From contig NC_068986.1 in NCBI RefSeq assembly GCF_001194135.2, forward strand, positions 29,793,642 through 29,857,641: 64,000 bases of DNA, in the 5' to 3' direction. The translations under genes were made by a program, and so were the position numbers. Below the pieces are notes generated by a model that searched no databases, was not told where the DNA came from, and saw nothing but the letters and a program-made list of their open reading frames with translations. Positions 26,933-40,145 of the stretch are shown here, piece by piece; position 1 is the stretch's first letter, and each line of letters begins with the position of its first letter. Source of the stretch: Octopus bimaculoides (Eukaryota).

Positions 26933-29592
26933 GTAAATATATATTTTTTTTTCTTTTTAGCATTTTGTTTCCTGCTAAATATTGTTTATATTTTTTTAAT
27001 CTTTTTTATCAGCATTTAATCTTTTGTTTCCCCCCTAATTATCATCCTCCTTCCATTTTCTTAAAAGAAAAAGAGAGAAAAAGGAAATATTGTGACTCAT
27101 TCACTTTAAGAAACACAAGCTAAGTAATAATGTCCCCCCTTTTTTTTAAAGTTGCCATCCTCAACCTTCCATTTTTTTACAAAAGAAGGTAAACTGTTAT
27201 TAATTTTAATAATGTGGTAGTTTCTACTAAACAGAAAAGATTGCTTGCTTGTTATTTCTTTTTTTTCTTTTCTTCACAATGAATTCTCCCTACTTTACCT
27301 TCCATTAACATTGTGGCATCTATATTTTTATTGGTATTTTAATTATACACTTTTGGGAATTAAAGGCTCTTAGCCTCATTTGTAACAAAAGATTAAAAAC
27401 ACACTAGCAAACAATGTATAAGAAGGCAGTTAGGCTGAAGTAAAGCATAGAATGATATTATATGTAAAAACTGGAGGTGGTTTGATGAAGATGACTCAGG
27501 ATATATCTTGACATCCCATTGCTCAGTAAGAGAAGAAAGTGGCTGAGGTATTTCTCATGTTAGTGGCACAAGGCTACTAATATTTTAGGAAGAAGTATTG
27601 TAACCACAAATTTTTCTATACACATTCCTCAGTATGGTGAGACACTGGTGAGGTTTGAACATAGAATGAAATAGGGCTGAATTAAATATGGTTTTCTTAA
27701 ATCAGAAATTCTCAGACTGACAAATACCAGCACTGCAAGCCCCCATTCCCAGTCATTTTATAAAAAAAAAAGACCCACTGTAGTCCTAGATGCACTATGC
27801 CTCAAGAAAAAAGACTGGATGCTCTTTATTGGAGCACCTTTACTCAGGGAGTCTGTTAGGTCAGCACAGATTTAGGGCTAAACTACTATATCCAGGCAGT
27901 CATGCAAACCATTGTCATTGGAGGGTTCATAACTCATGCAAATTAACTATACATATATTTTATTTGCAGTTCCAAACACTAGCTTCAAGATGGATTAATC
28001 CCATGCTTTATATGGAATCTAATATCTAAACTTTGATAATTTCACCATCATTTTACACTTGCTTTATATGTTGGCATGATTTGTATTTGTTTGTTCTTGT
28101 TGAGTTTTTGCCTCTCCTAGATGGGTCTAAGATCATATCTTGTTCATACATTTCGTTTTTGGTACGGGTTTTATACAGTGTACTGGATGTGGGGTGCATT
28201 TTATTGTAGCACTGCTAGATTGGTTGTCTTGCTCCTAACAAGACTGGGTTTTCTCTATGTTGTCTCAGTTTTAAAGCACTGTGTGCTTGAGAGGACGACT
28301 AAAAGAGTGAAGTAAAGAGAACCGCTACGAGAGATTGATCGAAGTGAAATTATGACATAGGAAACAGTGATAGGAAGGAAAGGCTAACAGAAGAAAATAA
28401 TAGACGAGACAGTAATAGCCAGCTCCATATTGGCTATTGAATAGAAAATCAGCATAAGCAGTGTGATGGAGGAATGAACAACATAGCATGATTTTTTTTT
28501 TCTTTTTAATTTGATATATATGGGTGAGAATTAATTCCAAAGAATATGGCCATTTAATATTGTTTATATAAAACGGCAGCTATTAATCTGTGTGTGAGTG
28601 TGTGTTTGTTTAGTGTGTTTGTTCAAGATATTTTTAAGCTATGGTCAACATTTGTAATGTCTAAGATGTTTTTAAATATATATAAATAGTACTGGAGTTT
28701 AATTTTATTACTTTATTGACACAGTTAATTGAAATGTTAGATTGGTTTATAGAGCAATGTGGCCTTTTGATTATAAATTGCACAGCTCTGACATGAAGAG
28801 AAGGATCTGTTATGGTGGTGGTGGTGGTGGGCTTTTTCTCTCTCTTTTTTTTTTATTCAGTTGGGTTGCTTTTGAAATTGGTAGTTACTTATTGGAGATC
28901 TTGAACTGATGTCATATTTATTGCATACCATCTACATTACACACTCAATATGTTAATGATGAGCACAGTTCATTTATTTTTATTCCATTATCTGGCCAGT
29001 GAATCTCTTCCTGTCTCACTCCTTCCTTTTTTTTCTTCCCACATCTGCCCCCCCCCCNNNNNNNNNNNNNNNNNNNNNNNNNNNNNNNNNNNNNNNNNNN
29101 NNNNNNNNNNNNNNNNNNNNNNNNNNNNNNNNNNNNNNNNNNNNNNNNNNNNNNNNNNNNNNNNNNNNNNNNNNNNNNNNNNNNNNNNNNNNNNNNNNNN
29201 NNNNNNNNNNNNNNNNNNNNNNNNNNNNNNNNNNNNNNNNNNNNNNNNNNNNNNNNNNNNNNNNNNNNNNNNNNNNNNNNNNNNNNNNNNNNNNNNNNNN
29301 NNNNNNNNNNNNNNNNNNNNNNNNNNNNNNNNNNNNNNNNNNNNNNNNNNNNNNNNNNNNNNNNNNNNNNNNNNNNNNNNNNNNNNNNNNNNNNNNNNNN
29401 NNNNNNNNNNNNNNNNNNNNNNNNNNNNNNNNNNNNNNNNNNNNNNNNNNNNNNNNNNNNNNNNNNNNNNNNNNNNNNNNNNNNNNNNNNNNNNNNNNNN
29501 NNNNNNNNNNNNNNNNNNNNNNNNNNNNNNNNNNNNNNNNNNNNNNNNNNNNNNNNNNNNNNNNNNNNNNNNAAACACACACACACACACAC

Positions 29593-29914
29593 ACGACGGG
29601 CTTCTTTCAGTTTCCGTCTACCAAATCCACTCACAAGGCTTTGGTCGGCCCGAGGGGCTATAGTAGAAGACACTTGCCCAAGGTGCCACGCAGTGGGACT
29701 GAACCCGGAACCATGCGGTTGGTAAGCAAGCTACTTACCACACAGCCACGTATATGCACATGACAGGCTTTTTTCAGTTTCTGTCTACTGAATCTACTCA
29801 CAAGACATTGATCGGCCCAAGGCTATAGAAGACACTTGCCCAAGGTGCCACGCAGGAGGCCTGAACCCAGAACCATGTGGGTGGGAAGCAAACGTCTTAC
29901 TACACAGCCACGCC
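29593..29914 (-). mobile_element. Two tandem SINE family A heads (29593-29749 and 29761-29914)
   Basis: Both read GACACTTGCCCAAGGTGCCACGCAG...TGAACCC...CACACAGCCAC on the + strand. Confidence 0.88.
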
Positions 29915-30281
29915 AGCCATTCCCCATCCCACCCCCCTCAACAATGTGCACTTCTTGGCTTCTTCACAGCAAGCTCTTATTTCTTCAAGTGTTTTAGTCC
30001 GCTATAATACTTTCCTTCAGTTTAGTGATTACTAACTACTTGTACCACCGCCACTATTATTACCACTGCCAGTAATGATACCGCTTAGCTCATTTAATTA
30101 GCATTCCATTTAGACTAGCCACAGTGTCCTATAATCACTCATTTCCTAAACTATTGGAATTAACCCTCCACCTAACCTCCTGGTTTTTCTTCTTTTTCTT
30201 GTGTCTGTTTTATTTAAAATTTTATTTCAAGATTTGCTGGAAAGTGACTTATAAGAAAATTGATTCTGAATATCTTTTCTC

Positions 30282-30321
<40 letters not shown>

Positions 30322-32863
30322 GGAAATAATTTTCTCTGCTAGCATTCAAGGAAATCTTAGAGCTGGGCAGATATTTTCTTTCTACTTCAAAGATTAAGAA
30401 TTCAGTCGTAATTTTGTATTAGGAACATTCAGTAAACAATAAACTAAACTAAATATATAGAATATTTTTCTATAACTTTATATAAATCCTTATATAAAGT
30501 ATTTGTACCAAATGTTAACCTGTTATACAATAACAAAAACAAGCTATATATTTTATTAAATTTCTCTTGAATCTTGGTTTTTTTAATACGATAGTAAAGG
30601 GTTGTTAAAGATCTTTTTACTATTTGAGAAAGTAAGGCAAAAATGTTTGTACAACAAAGAAGTATATTCCATTTTGTTTCACTTTGCCTGTATGAACTTG
30701 TATTGCCAGAGTTCAATTAAACTAGCTTGCAATTTTTTTCTTCCCTGCAAAATGTGTGTCTGTCTGTCTGTCCATGTCATTTCATGTTCACTTTCCAGGC
30801 TGGCATAGTGTATGTGTGTATACCTGCTTACGCACACACACACACACACCTTATTAATTGTTATATATGAATTATTGATACATTCCTCTGATAGTTTAAT
30901 GTTGTTAATTGTATGAATACTCACTTATATTGCACTCTCAAAGATGAAAATAAATATCAGAATTTCTGTTAGTTATTGCTTCTTCTCCCCTCCCCCCTCC
31001 CCGCCTCCCATCACCTACCTACTCTCCATTCTTTTCACTTGAATCTCCTTGTTTTCTCACTCTTGACAAATATGTATGCAGAGATATTGCCACTGGCAAA
31101 CTGCAGAAGATTTATTAACCGTGTAGTATATACAAGATTGCTTGTCATACTTTCTTCCTATCTTTCTTTCACTCTCTCCCTTATATTCTCTCTGTCTCTG
31201 TCTCTCTCTCTCATCATCTTGAACACAAAAAGGCTTGTTAAGCCTAAAGCAGTGGTGGCACTCAGGCTGCAACTTGTTGAGGGCTCTCCAACCATTGCTT
31301 GAATGGTATAAACCACTAGTCTGCTTGATTGACCAGCTCTGCTAGTATTTTGCATAAGTGGCTCTTTTCAGCTGCCTATTATGGTAGTGGACAGGATCCT
31401 ATTTACAGTTGTTGCCTGTCACTGCCTCTTCAGCCAGTTTACTTCAACTGTTTTTGGACCACTGCCAACAGGAAAAAGGGATTGAAGAATCTAGTGCCTA
31501 TGAAAGAGGCACTTTTGTCACCAAGTGGTTAGTCTAACAATTGTCCAACAATATTCATGGAATGCTTTTAACCAAATACCGTTCTTTGGTGCAAATCTTG
31601 AAAATCTGTAAGAAATTGGTTTACAGAGCTGTTAGTTGTTAGATTCCACAAAGTAATTCTTACAGCTTATCAACATTTCTAAGTAGCTTTTGCTTCAACA
31701 AGATTCTTCATATTAATGTATTTCATATATTCTGGAATTATCTGAAGGATATCTTTAATAAAATTGCTGTCAATCCATTTCTGCAAACAAGTTCAAGATA
31801 ATGATCAAAGGAAAACATTCTTTTTTTCTTCCTCCTCTTCTTTTGTATCTTGACTTTTACTTTAATTGCTTCATGGCTAATTCTCAATTATTTGCCAAAA
31901 GTCTCCACTCCATAAGTTTGCTGTGTAGGATCTGTAGTACTCCAATTTATTTGTATTGTGTGAAAGTGCCCATGTGCCAGATAACAGGGATATCTTTCCA
32001 ATGTGTTACACATGGGCTGTTGCTAGGTTACAATTATGCATTCACCATCAATTAATATTGTGTATCTGTCCAAGATGTTGTTGAGTTGGCAGAGTTGGTT
32101 AAATGTCAAATAGAATGCTTTTTGTTATTTTCTCGTTTGTGGGTTCAAATCCTGCCAAGGCTAACTTTGCATTTCATCATTGAGCTTGATAAAAATACCA
32201 GTATTAAGATAATTACCTTCTCTCTTTGTCCTGCCCTCTTTCTTTCTCCCCCCTCTCTCTGTGGAAGAAATCAGATATGTTAAAACCTGGTGGAGGCTCT
32301 ATCAATTTCAAAATGCCCAAGATAGTGTGTTATGATGACTTTGTCAGAATTAGAAACCCCCATGGAAGAAGTGATTTGTTCTTTTCTAATGTGTAGAGAA
32401 AATTCATGATAATGTGGGGGGGGGGGTTTAAATGCTCTTGCTCTGCTATTAATAGAAATCACATTAATTTCACTGTTGTAGTGTTGTTTGTAATTTAAAC
32501 CCTGCAACATATTACTTCACATCAGATTACATAAAGGTGGTATTCCCTAAAATCTGCAAATGTTTACAAGAAAACAAGCATGTATACATACACACATACA
32601 CACACACACATGATCCTTAAATATCACTATCCATTCATGGATTGACATTTGAAATGCACTAACATCCATGGACACAAAATAGCATTCCCTTCAACCACCT
32701 ACTTAAAAACTACTGGATGCATTTCAACACATGAAACATATTTTTTTTTTAAATATCAACATCTACACTTTCGATTAATTCTGATATTACTATCCTAGTC
32801 CCATTCTCTCTCCAAACCCTTTTTTCCCCTCATTTCAAACATCAAACTATATTATGTTTCCCA

Positions 32864-32921
<58 letters not shown>

Positions 32922-33992
32922 CTCTCTCTCTCTCTCTTTTTCTCCCTCTCATGTTTGTGTGTGTATATGTTGATGGTTGACCCAAAGTTTTTAGATAAAA
33001 ATATGATTTGCTTCATGTGTGTATCTGTTTTACTTTAAAGGCCCCACCACCTCCNNNNNNNNNNNNNNNNNNNNNNNNNNNNNNNNNNNNNNNNNNNNNN
33101 NNNNNNNNNNNNNNNNNNNNNNNNNNNNNNNNNNNNNNNNNNNNNNNNNNNNNNNNNNNNNNNNNNNNNNNNNNNNNNNNNNNNNNNNNNNNNNNNNNNN
33201 NNNNNNNNNNNNNNNNNNNNNNNNNNNNNNNNNNNNNNNNNNNNNNNNNNNNNNNNNNNNNNNNNNNNNNNNNNNNNNNNNNNNNNNNNNNNNNNNNNNN
33301 NNNNNNNNNNNNNNNNNNNNNNNNNNNNNNNNNNNNNNNNNNNNNNNNNNNNNNNNNNNNNNNNNNNNNNNNNNNNNNNNNNNNNNNNNNNNNNNNNNNN
33401 NNNNNNNNNNNNNNNNNNNNNNNNNNNNNNNNNNNNNNNNNNNNNNNNNNNNNNNNNNNNNNNNNNNNNNNNNNNNNNNNNNNNNNNNNNNNNNNNNNNN
33501 NNNNNNNNNNNNNNNNNNNNNNNNNNNNNNNNNNNNNNNNNNNNNNNNNNNNNNNNNNNNNNNNNNNNNNNNNNNNNNNNNNNNNNNNNNNNNNNGTTTT
33601 TTCCCCATATATTTAGAATCATGTCACAAGGTATGTGTGTATCTATCTATAATACATGCCGGTGGAAGCAGTTATTATTATTATTCACTTTCAACAACAA
33701 CCACATCCTTCAAATTGCTTTGCCTACCAAGTTTTAATGGCCTCACAAACCCAATCAAAGAAAATCAGATAGATTCCATGCTGATAATGATTTCTTCCAA
33801 ATAGCTGTAAGAAAGAAAAAAAGAGAGAGAGAGGTGGAGGAAAAAAAAAAAAGAACAAATTATTTGAGGTTGTCTCCCCTCTCCTCATCTCACCCATCTT
33901 CTACTGAATCTGCTTTTATTGATTGCTGCTGGCTGAAATATAGTCATTTCCACCCCCACCCCCCACACACCTTTCTTTTCTGATACCGTCAA

Positions 33993-34214
33993 TGTTGTTT
34001 AACCCCAGGTCATCCCCGATCAAGCAAGCCTATGATCAAAGCATTGCATCTATAGCCACGCCATATTTTTTTCTTATTTATAGGAAAATCGCAGACCATA
34101 TTATACGTTTTTTTTCTCCTTTTTTTATTTTATAGAAAGTGGTGTGTGATTCGAGGTAGATTTGGGTGCTATTATTTGTAGCTTGAGTGTCCATGTAGTG
34201 GCTCCCTCATTGGC
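33993..34214 (+). mobile_element. Dispersed repeat, family G (class uncertain)
   Basis: TTGTTTAACCCCAGGTCA...GATCAAAG...GATTTGGCTGCTATTTCTAGC-like motifs recur at about 10436, 10820, 12395, 41340-41490 and 54690-54845. Confidence 0.6.
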
Positions 34215-34353
34215 TTGGTTAATTTTGTAATAGAGGGTGAGGCTGGGTAATTTAAATGTAATTTATTCCTACATAATCACACTGGGTTAATTACTGACAT
34301 TAAAGATATGCACTTTTTTTTAGTTCTGTTTTATCATCTCTCTCTCTCTCTTG

Positions 34354-34389
<36 letters not shown>

Positions 34390-34681
34390 ACCCAATTAGA
34401 TATAGAATATTTCACTTTTGAAGTGCTGAACTGTCTTTTTATGTTGCTTAGCTCTGACTATGAAATCTTGGAGCTTTTTACTGTAGAAATCTAGGAGCTT
34501 TTTACTGTAGAAATAGTTGGATTTAACTAAAATAATGAATGCATATGATCCTTTAGGGTTTTTTTTTTTTTCATTCACTTTTATTTCACTAACTAATTCT
34601 GTACTGAGTTACCATGGTACTTAGTAGAGTTGGTGCCATTACCATAATTACAATTTTCTCTGTCATTTCCTCTCTCTCTCT

Positions 34682-34777
<96 letters not shown>

Positions 34778-36457
34778 ATGCACCAATCTGTATAATCGGA
34801 GCATTATCTCCAAACTAGAATTACAGCATATATAATATTTCCGAAAATAGAAATGTATTTTAAAGATATTGACAATAATCCTTCTTCATTTTCCACCTTC
34901 ATTTCCATTTGTCTTAATTAGCTGTAAAACGACTTTTGTTACCTACCACACACACACTCTTGCTCAGAGGGATATATGATTTTTTTTTGAGTATTTACAA
35001 AAGTGATGCGCCTGTAAATGGAACTTTGAATCAATTCAGTCTATTTTCTGGGTAGCTAGTTAGCTCTGAGCTCAGAAGTCAATGCTTTTTCTCTGTCTAG
35101 GCACGGCTGCTGTGTTTTGACAGGGGTGTCCTCCCATGCGTAGGGATTCTCTTCAATCTATAAGCAAAACTGTGTTGAAGGTTAATTTGCTTTGTTACAA
35201 GCATTTCATGTTGTTAGCATACTTAGAATGGATTTAACTTCAATCTAACAACCAGCAAAGAATCCAATTATTGTATTTGATGGCATAAAAGATATACAGG
35301 CATGTTAGATACATCCCAATGTCAGCTATGCATATTCAGGAAAAAGTGAACATCAGGGACGAAATTAGCTTATGGGAGATCCAACTTCACATATAGGGCC
35401 CAGAGGGAATGTGCACCTTATATGCTACCAAATGCAGTAGAAAAGCTACTAGTATGCTTTGCAACAAAAATTGTTTAAAAAAAAGAAAAAGAAAAAAGTA
35501 ATGAATCTTATTGTCTAATTGTGATCTGCAATGTATGGTTCTAAATCCCTTAATAGCAGCAACAATAAGTGTGCAGGGATTAGGAAAAGAGTCTGGAGAA
35601 GTTGGTACTTCGTTTTCTCTTGGTTACCACCACCAGTAGTTGTAACTCAAACCCCACTCCACTCAGTTTGTAAAGATAGTTTGGATGAGAGTAGAGTAGG
35701 GTAGGACAGGTGTTGATTTTTTAGATAATTTTGTGAAAGCTAATGGTTAGAGAAAAATCAGTCCAATTTTTTCTTTGGAATAATATTTCTCTTTTGTAAA
35801 CTCAGCCAAACAATGTTTTTCTTCAGATCTTCGTTGTCAGCCCAGTAAATTTCATTAAATGTAATTCTTTTGTAAAAATTGTTTCCTGTATGTTATTTTA
35901 CTCCTATAATCTTCTTGCAATTCTCGGCTTTATTTGTTTTCCCATGAACTATAGATTGTTTTACTGTTAGAGATGATGCCATCCTGAATGCTAACTGTAA
36001 TAATCAGTTGTCAAGAAGGAATAACCTTTTATTCTCAGTTAGATTAGAGAAAATACACAATCAAATAGTTTTATAAGCATTTGCACTCTTGGCCTTTTAA
36101 GCATGCTTGCACCAGGCTTCAACAGCTGCTGCTTGTGAAGTCAGAATACAAGGCAAACAACTGATGAGTTTCCTCTTTCCAGCACTGTTGACTCTGAGGT
36201 GGTGCACCTGCTCTATTGACTGCATTTCCAAGAAAGCTTCTGCAATAATTCCTTTCTGCCTTATGTGTTTTCTGGCTTATTGTTAAAAACTAAGTCCTTT
36301 CTTTTTCCTTCTCTTCTAACTGCCACTACCATAAGAAATTTTGTTGGTTGCATTTTTGTCGCTCCTTTATCTTTATTTTGAACCATCAATGTATAAATTG
36401 CTCTGTCTCTTTGCTATTTTAACGTTTGAAATCCCACATTACATGCTTGCCTCCCTC

Positions 36458-36488
<31 letters not shown>

Positions 36489-36489
36489 T

Positions 36490-36660
36490 CATGTAACCTC
36501 GTGGGCATCGGTACCATTTTCCTCTTTCTCCGTTCTTCCATTCTCCAAACTTTCCATCTTTCCGACGAAGGGCTACGCCCGAAACGTCATACACTCTCTC
36601 TTTCCTTTCCTGAGCGTCCAATAATACTATCCATATCACGTCCTCACTTTGTTGTTTTTT
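36490..36660 (+). mobile_element. Probable Penelope-like element terminal-repeat fragment with hammerhead-like core (36562-36588)
   Basis: CCGACGA-A-GGGC-TAC-GCCC-GAAACGTC matches the CUGANGA...GAAAC-GUH layout known from Penelope-like elements. Confidence 0.55.
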
Positions 36661-36849
36661 TGAACTATATATATATATATATATATATATATNNNNNNNN
36701 NNNNNNNNNNNNNNNNNNNNNNNNNNNNNNNNNNNNNNNNNNNNNNNNNNNNNNNNNNNNNNNNNNNNNNNNNNNNNNNNNNNNNNNNNNNNNNNNNNNN
36801 NNNNNNNNNNNNNNNNNNNNNNNNNNNNNNNNNNNNNNNNNNNNNNNNN

Positions 36850-37063
36850 ATTAGCATTCAGATTACTCTGTCAAAAGTAATACTTATTTATTCCACATTA
36901 TTTTAAAATTCATCTTGCATTATTTTGTGACTTTGAGAGTTTGATGAGCTGTTAATTTTTTCGAATGGTATTGTTGGGTTGGTGAAAGAAGTCAAATCTG
37001 GCCAGTTTGAGCATAAAACAGACTATTTTGCCTGGATATGGCCAGTTTAAATGCTAAAGGATT
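36850..37063 (+). mobile_element. piggyBac-like MITE (family F)
   Basis: TTAGCATTCAGATTACTCTGTCAAA...GGCCAGTTTAAATGCTAAAGG; the left end abuts the gap. Confidence 0.8.
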
Positions 37064-38009
37064 ACAGCAAATGGACTTTATTTCTTTTGCTGTTCAAGGG
37101 GGGGGGGCCTCAAAACCTCACAATCCAATATGGCAGGAGCCGGTAATTCAGTGATTTAACCAGTGAGCTATTGTAGAAGGCTTCTGAATTATTTGCACTG
37201 TCTTCAAATAAAAATAAATAGTTGCATTAATTACTTATTGCTTTAATGTCATTTTATCTTGTGATAGCTTCATGTTGTTGTTTATCTTGTATCGAGTTTT
37301 ATAGGATTTGCAATGCAGTTAGATATGCTATTATAGATATATAAGACTCCAATAAAAGAGAGCGAGGTAGAGAACAACACAGCTAATCTATAATTGGATG
37401 TGGTGGAGGTGAAGGAGGTGGGGGGAGGGTTAGATAAATCTAAGATGTTTCTTTAGGAGAAAGATGTGTGTGCATTGATCTTTTTCTTTTTGCTTGTTTT
37501 ATATCTTGATCAATTTCTGTTATATCAGCAAACTAGTGCCATTTGTGTAGTTGATAAACATATATGTATATCTGTGTGTGTGTGCATACATACATACATA
37601 CATACATACATACATGCACACAACTCATACATTAACACATGTGTACAAACATGGTGGGAAGACGAAAAAAGAATGAAACTAATCCATTTTGTAATGTTGG
37701 AATATTTGGCATGTCAACATTCCCCGCCGCCTTCCATTGCTCCTCTATTCAAGTTTTCTGCCCCCTTTTTTTTCTTATATTGTGTAACCCTCTCTTCAGC
37801 TTTATTGTTACAGCTGTTGTCTTGGTAGTGACGGTGGTGCTATTGGTAAACATACACGCTCATCCCTCCCACATACCCAATACAATATATACATATATGT
37901 ACCTGTGTGTATGTATGTAATATAAAACACTAATGGCTACCATATTGATTGCAATCTTCTCTCCACCTAAATGTCCATTGTTTTCTTTCCACTTCCTCTC
38001 CCATTAGAC

Positions 38010-38059
<50 letters not shown>

Positions 38060-38229
38060 TCGTCTGTATATATCTCTCTCTCTCCCTTTTTTGTTTTATT
38101 TCTGCCTCCTGGTCTTTACTCAAATTCATCTCCTCTGTGGTTGGCAACACATCTTGCCAATCATCAATGTTGGAAACAATGGAGAAAAACAGTTTGTGCT
38201 AGATTATTTGACAAGATAACCTTAATATA

Positions 38230-38271
<42 letters not shown>

Positions 38272-40097
38272 TCACATTTTTTTTTTGTTCTTGTTTTGTT
38301 TTGTTTTTTTTTTCTCTTGTTTTTTATTTCTTTGTATTCATTTGTTTAATTTACAGATAGGAGAAAGACTTAACTAATCTCTCACTCGTGTGTCTATACA
38401 TATTTCATTAGCTGCCAGTTTTATCATCATAGAAATGGATATTCAGATCTAAGCTGCTGTTTCTGTCAGTGACACACCACTTGTGTTGCTGCAATGGCAT
38501 GTTGCTGTAAGCTGAGGTCCTTGACTCTGTGCCGGGTGGGCCATTGGATATTGGGGTAATATGTAGTCAGTTAAGAATACAGGGACATCTTGTAGCTAGC
38601 TATAAGCATCAGGTGCTAAAGTATACTGTTAGGAAAGTTTTATTGTTGTATATCCCCAGATCAGTATAGAAAAAGCAGATGTTCATCAGATATTCTTGTT
38701 TTGGCCATCTTATATTTTGTTTTTTAGGTATCCGTTTGTAAGATGTTAGGTATTCTCATTATTATAATTTTCTGAAACACACACCCATATATATACATGA
38801 TTCATTATCATCATTGATTTTTTTTTTTTTTGGCATCTGTTTTTTTCTGATGCCAATCCTTACAGCTGGGCATTTTTGTTAATAGTTGACATAAATGCCA
38901 CTGTTAGCCACTAGTAAAGTGATGCTGATGCAAAGTCATGAAGAGACAAATGTGCATGCACACAAACACACACACGCATGCAGGCTTAGAAGACTTAGAA
39001 CTAGTCTCCATACAGTTTCTGTCTGCCTAATATTTTCCACAGAACATTGGTCAGTCCACAGATATATAGAAGATGCAAACACTTGCCTACATGCTATGGA
39101 GTGTGATTGAATCTAAAAACCACATAGTTGGAAAGTGAAATTGTTAACCTCACAGTCATGCCTGCACTGTTTCTCTATTTTAATTTACCTTACTGTTAAC
39201 TTGATCCAAAGACCTATCACAGATCCACAGAAGCTTTCTGTGGTAGTGTTAGAAGAATAAATTTATTTGTATATGCCTTTTGCTATTATTGATCATCTTT
39301 CGAAGGAAACAACTGATAATGATTTCAACATTATTATCTTAAGAGGAAATATGGCATGAAACAAAGATTTGTCTTGCAGCATTTGTTGACCTACAGAAGA
39401 TATTTGGACAGGGTGGCACGTACTTAAGTGTCATGATCAGCAGAGTGAAGGTCAAGTATCCATGAGTGGCTTGGCTACGAGAAATAGAAAAATAGGGGGT
39501 TGTGTGTCTAAATGTGAGGATTAGTGGTGTATATTCAATGGCCAGGTTAAACTTCAGATAGATGATCACATTAACACCTCCATTCCTAGTCAAAAAGGCT
39601 ATTTACATTCCAATATTAGGATTAAAAGCATTCCTCTCAGTTCAACTACTGAAGATCATTGGTAGTGTAAGATCTCTTATGAAATACTTGTCTTTCTTAG
39701 CTCAATGATTAATGAACTGAACATGAGCTACAAAGGAAAATTGTTAATTTTGGTACCCTGTTTCTTACTAGTGTGAACATTCTTATAGTGATTCGGCATT
39801 ATTAGAGGAATTTTAGAATCTTCTTAATGGTCAAAGCACAGAAATTTGCATGGTAATTTTTATCTGTTAAAATATTAACACTCAAGTCTCTCCTTATTTT
39901 CTTGTATTGGATATTGGATAATGTTCAAGATACACTCTTCAGGTAAAGATGGGATGGGCATTATTGGAAACATCTTACATCACATACCTACTTCATAAGG
40001 GCACACCTGGGGTCAACAGTATTTAAATAAGTCTTCTGGTCAATATTGAAATGTCCAATTGCTTGGTTGCAGGAAGGGGTTGTGTGTGTGTATAAGA

Positions 40098-40145
<48 letters not shown>

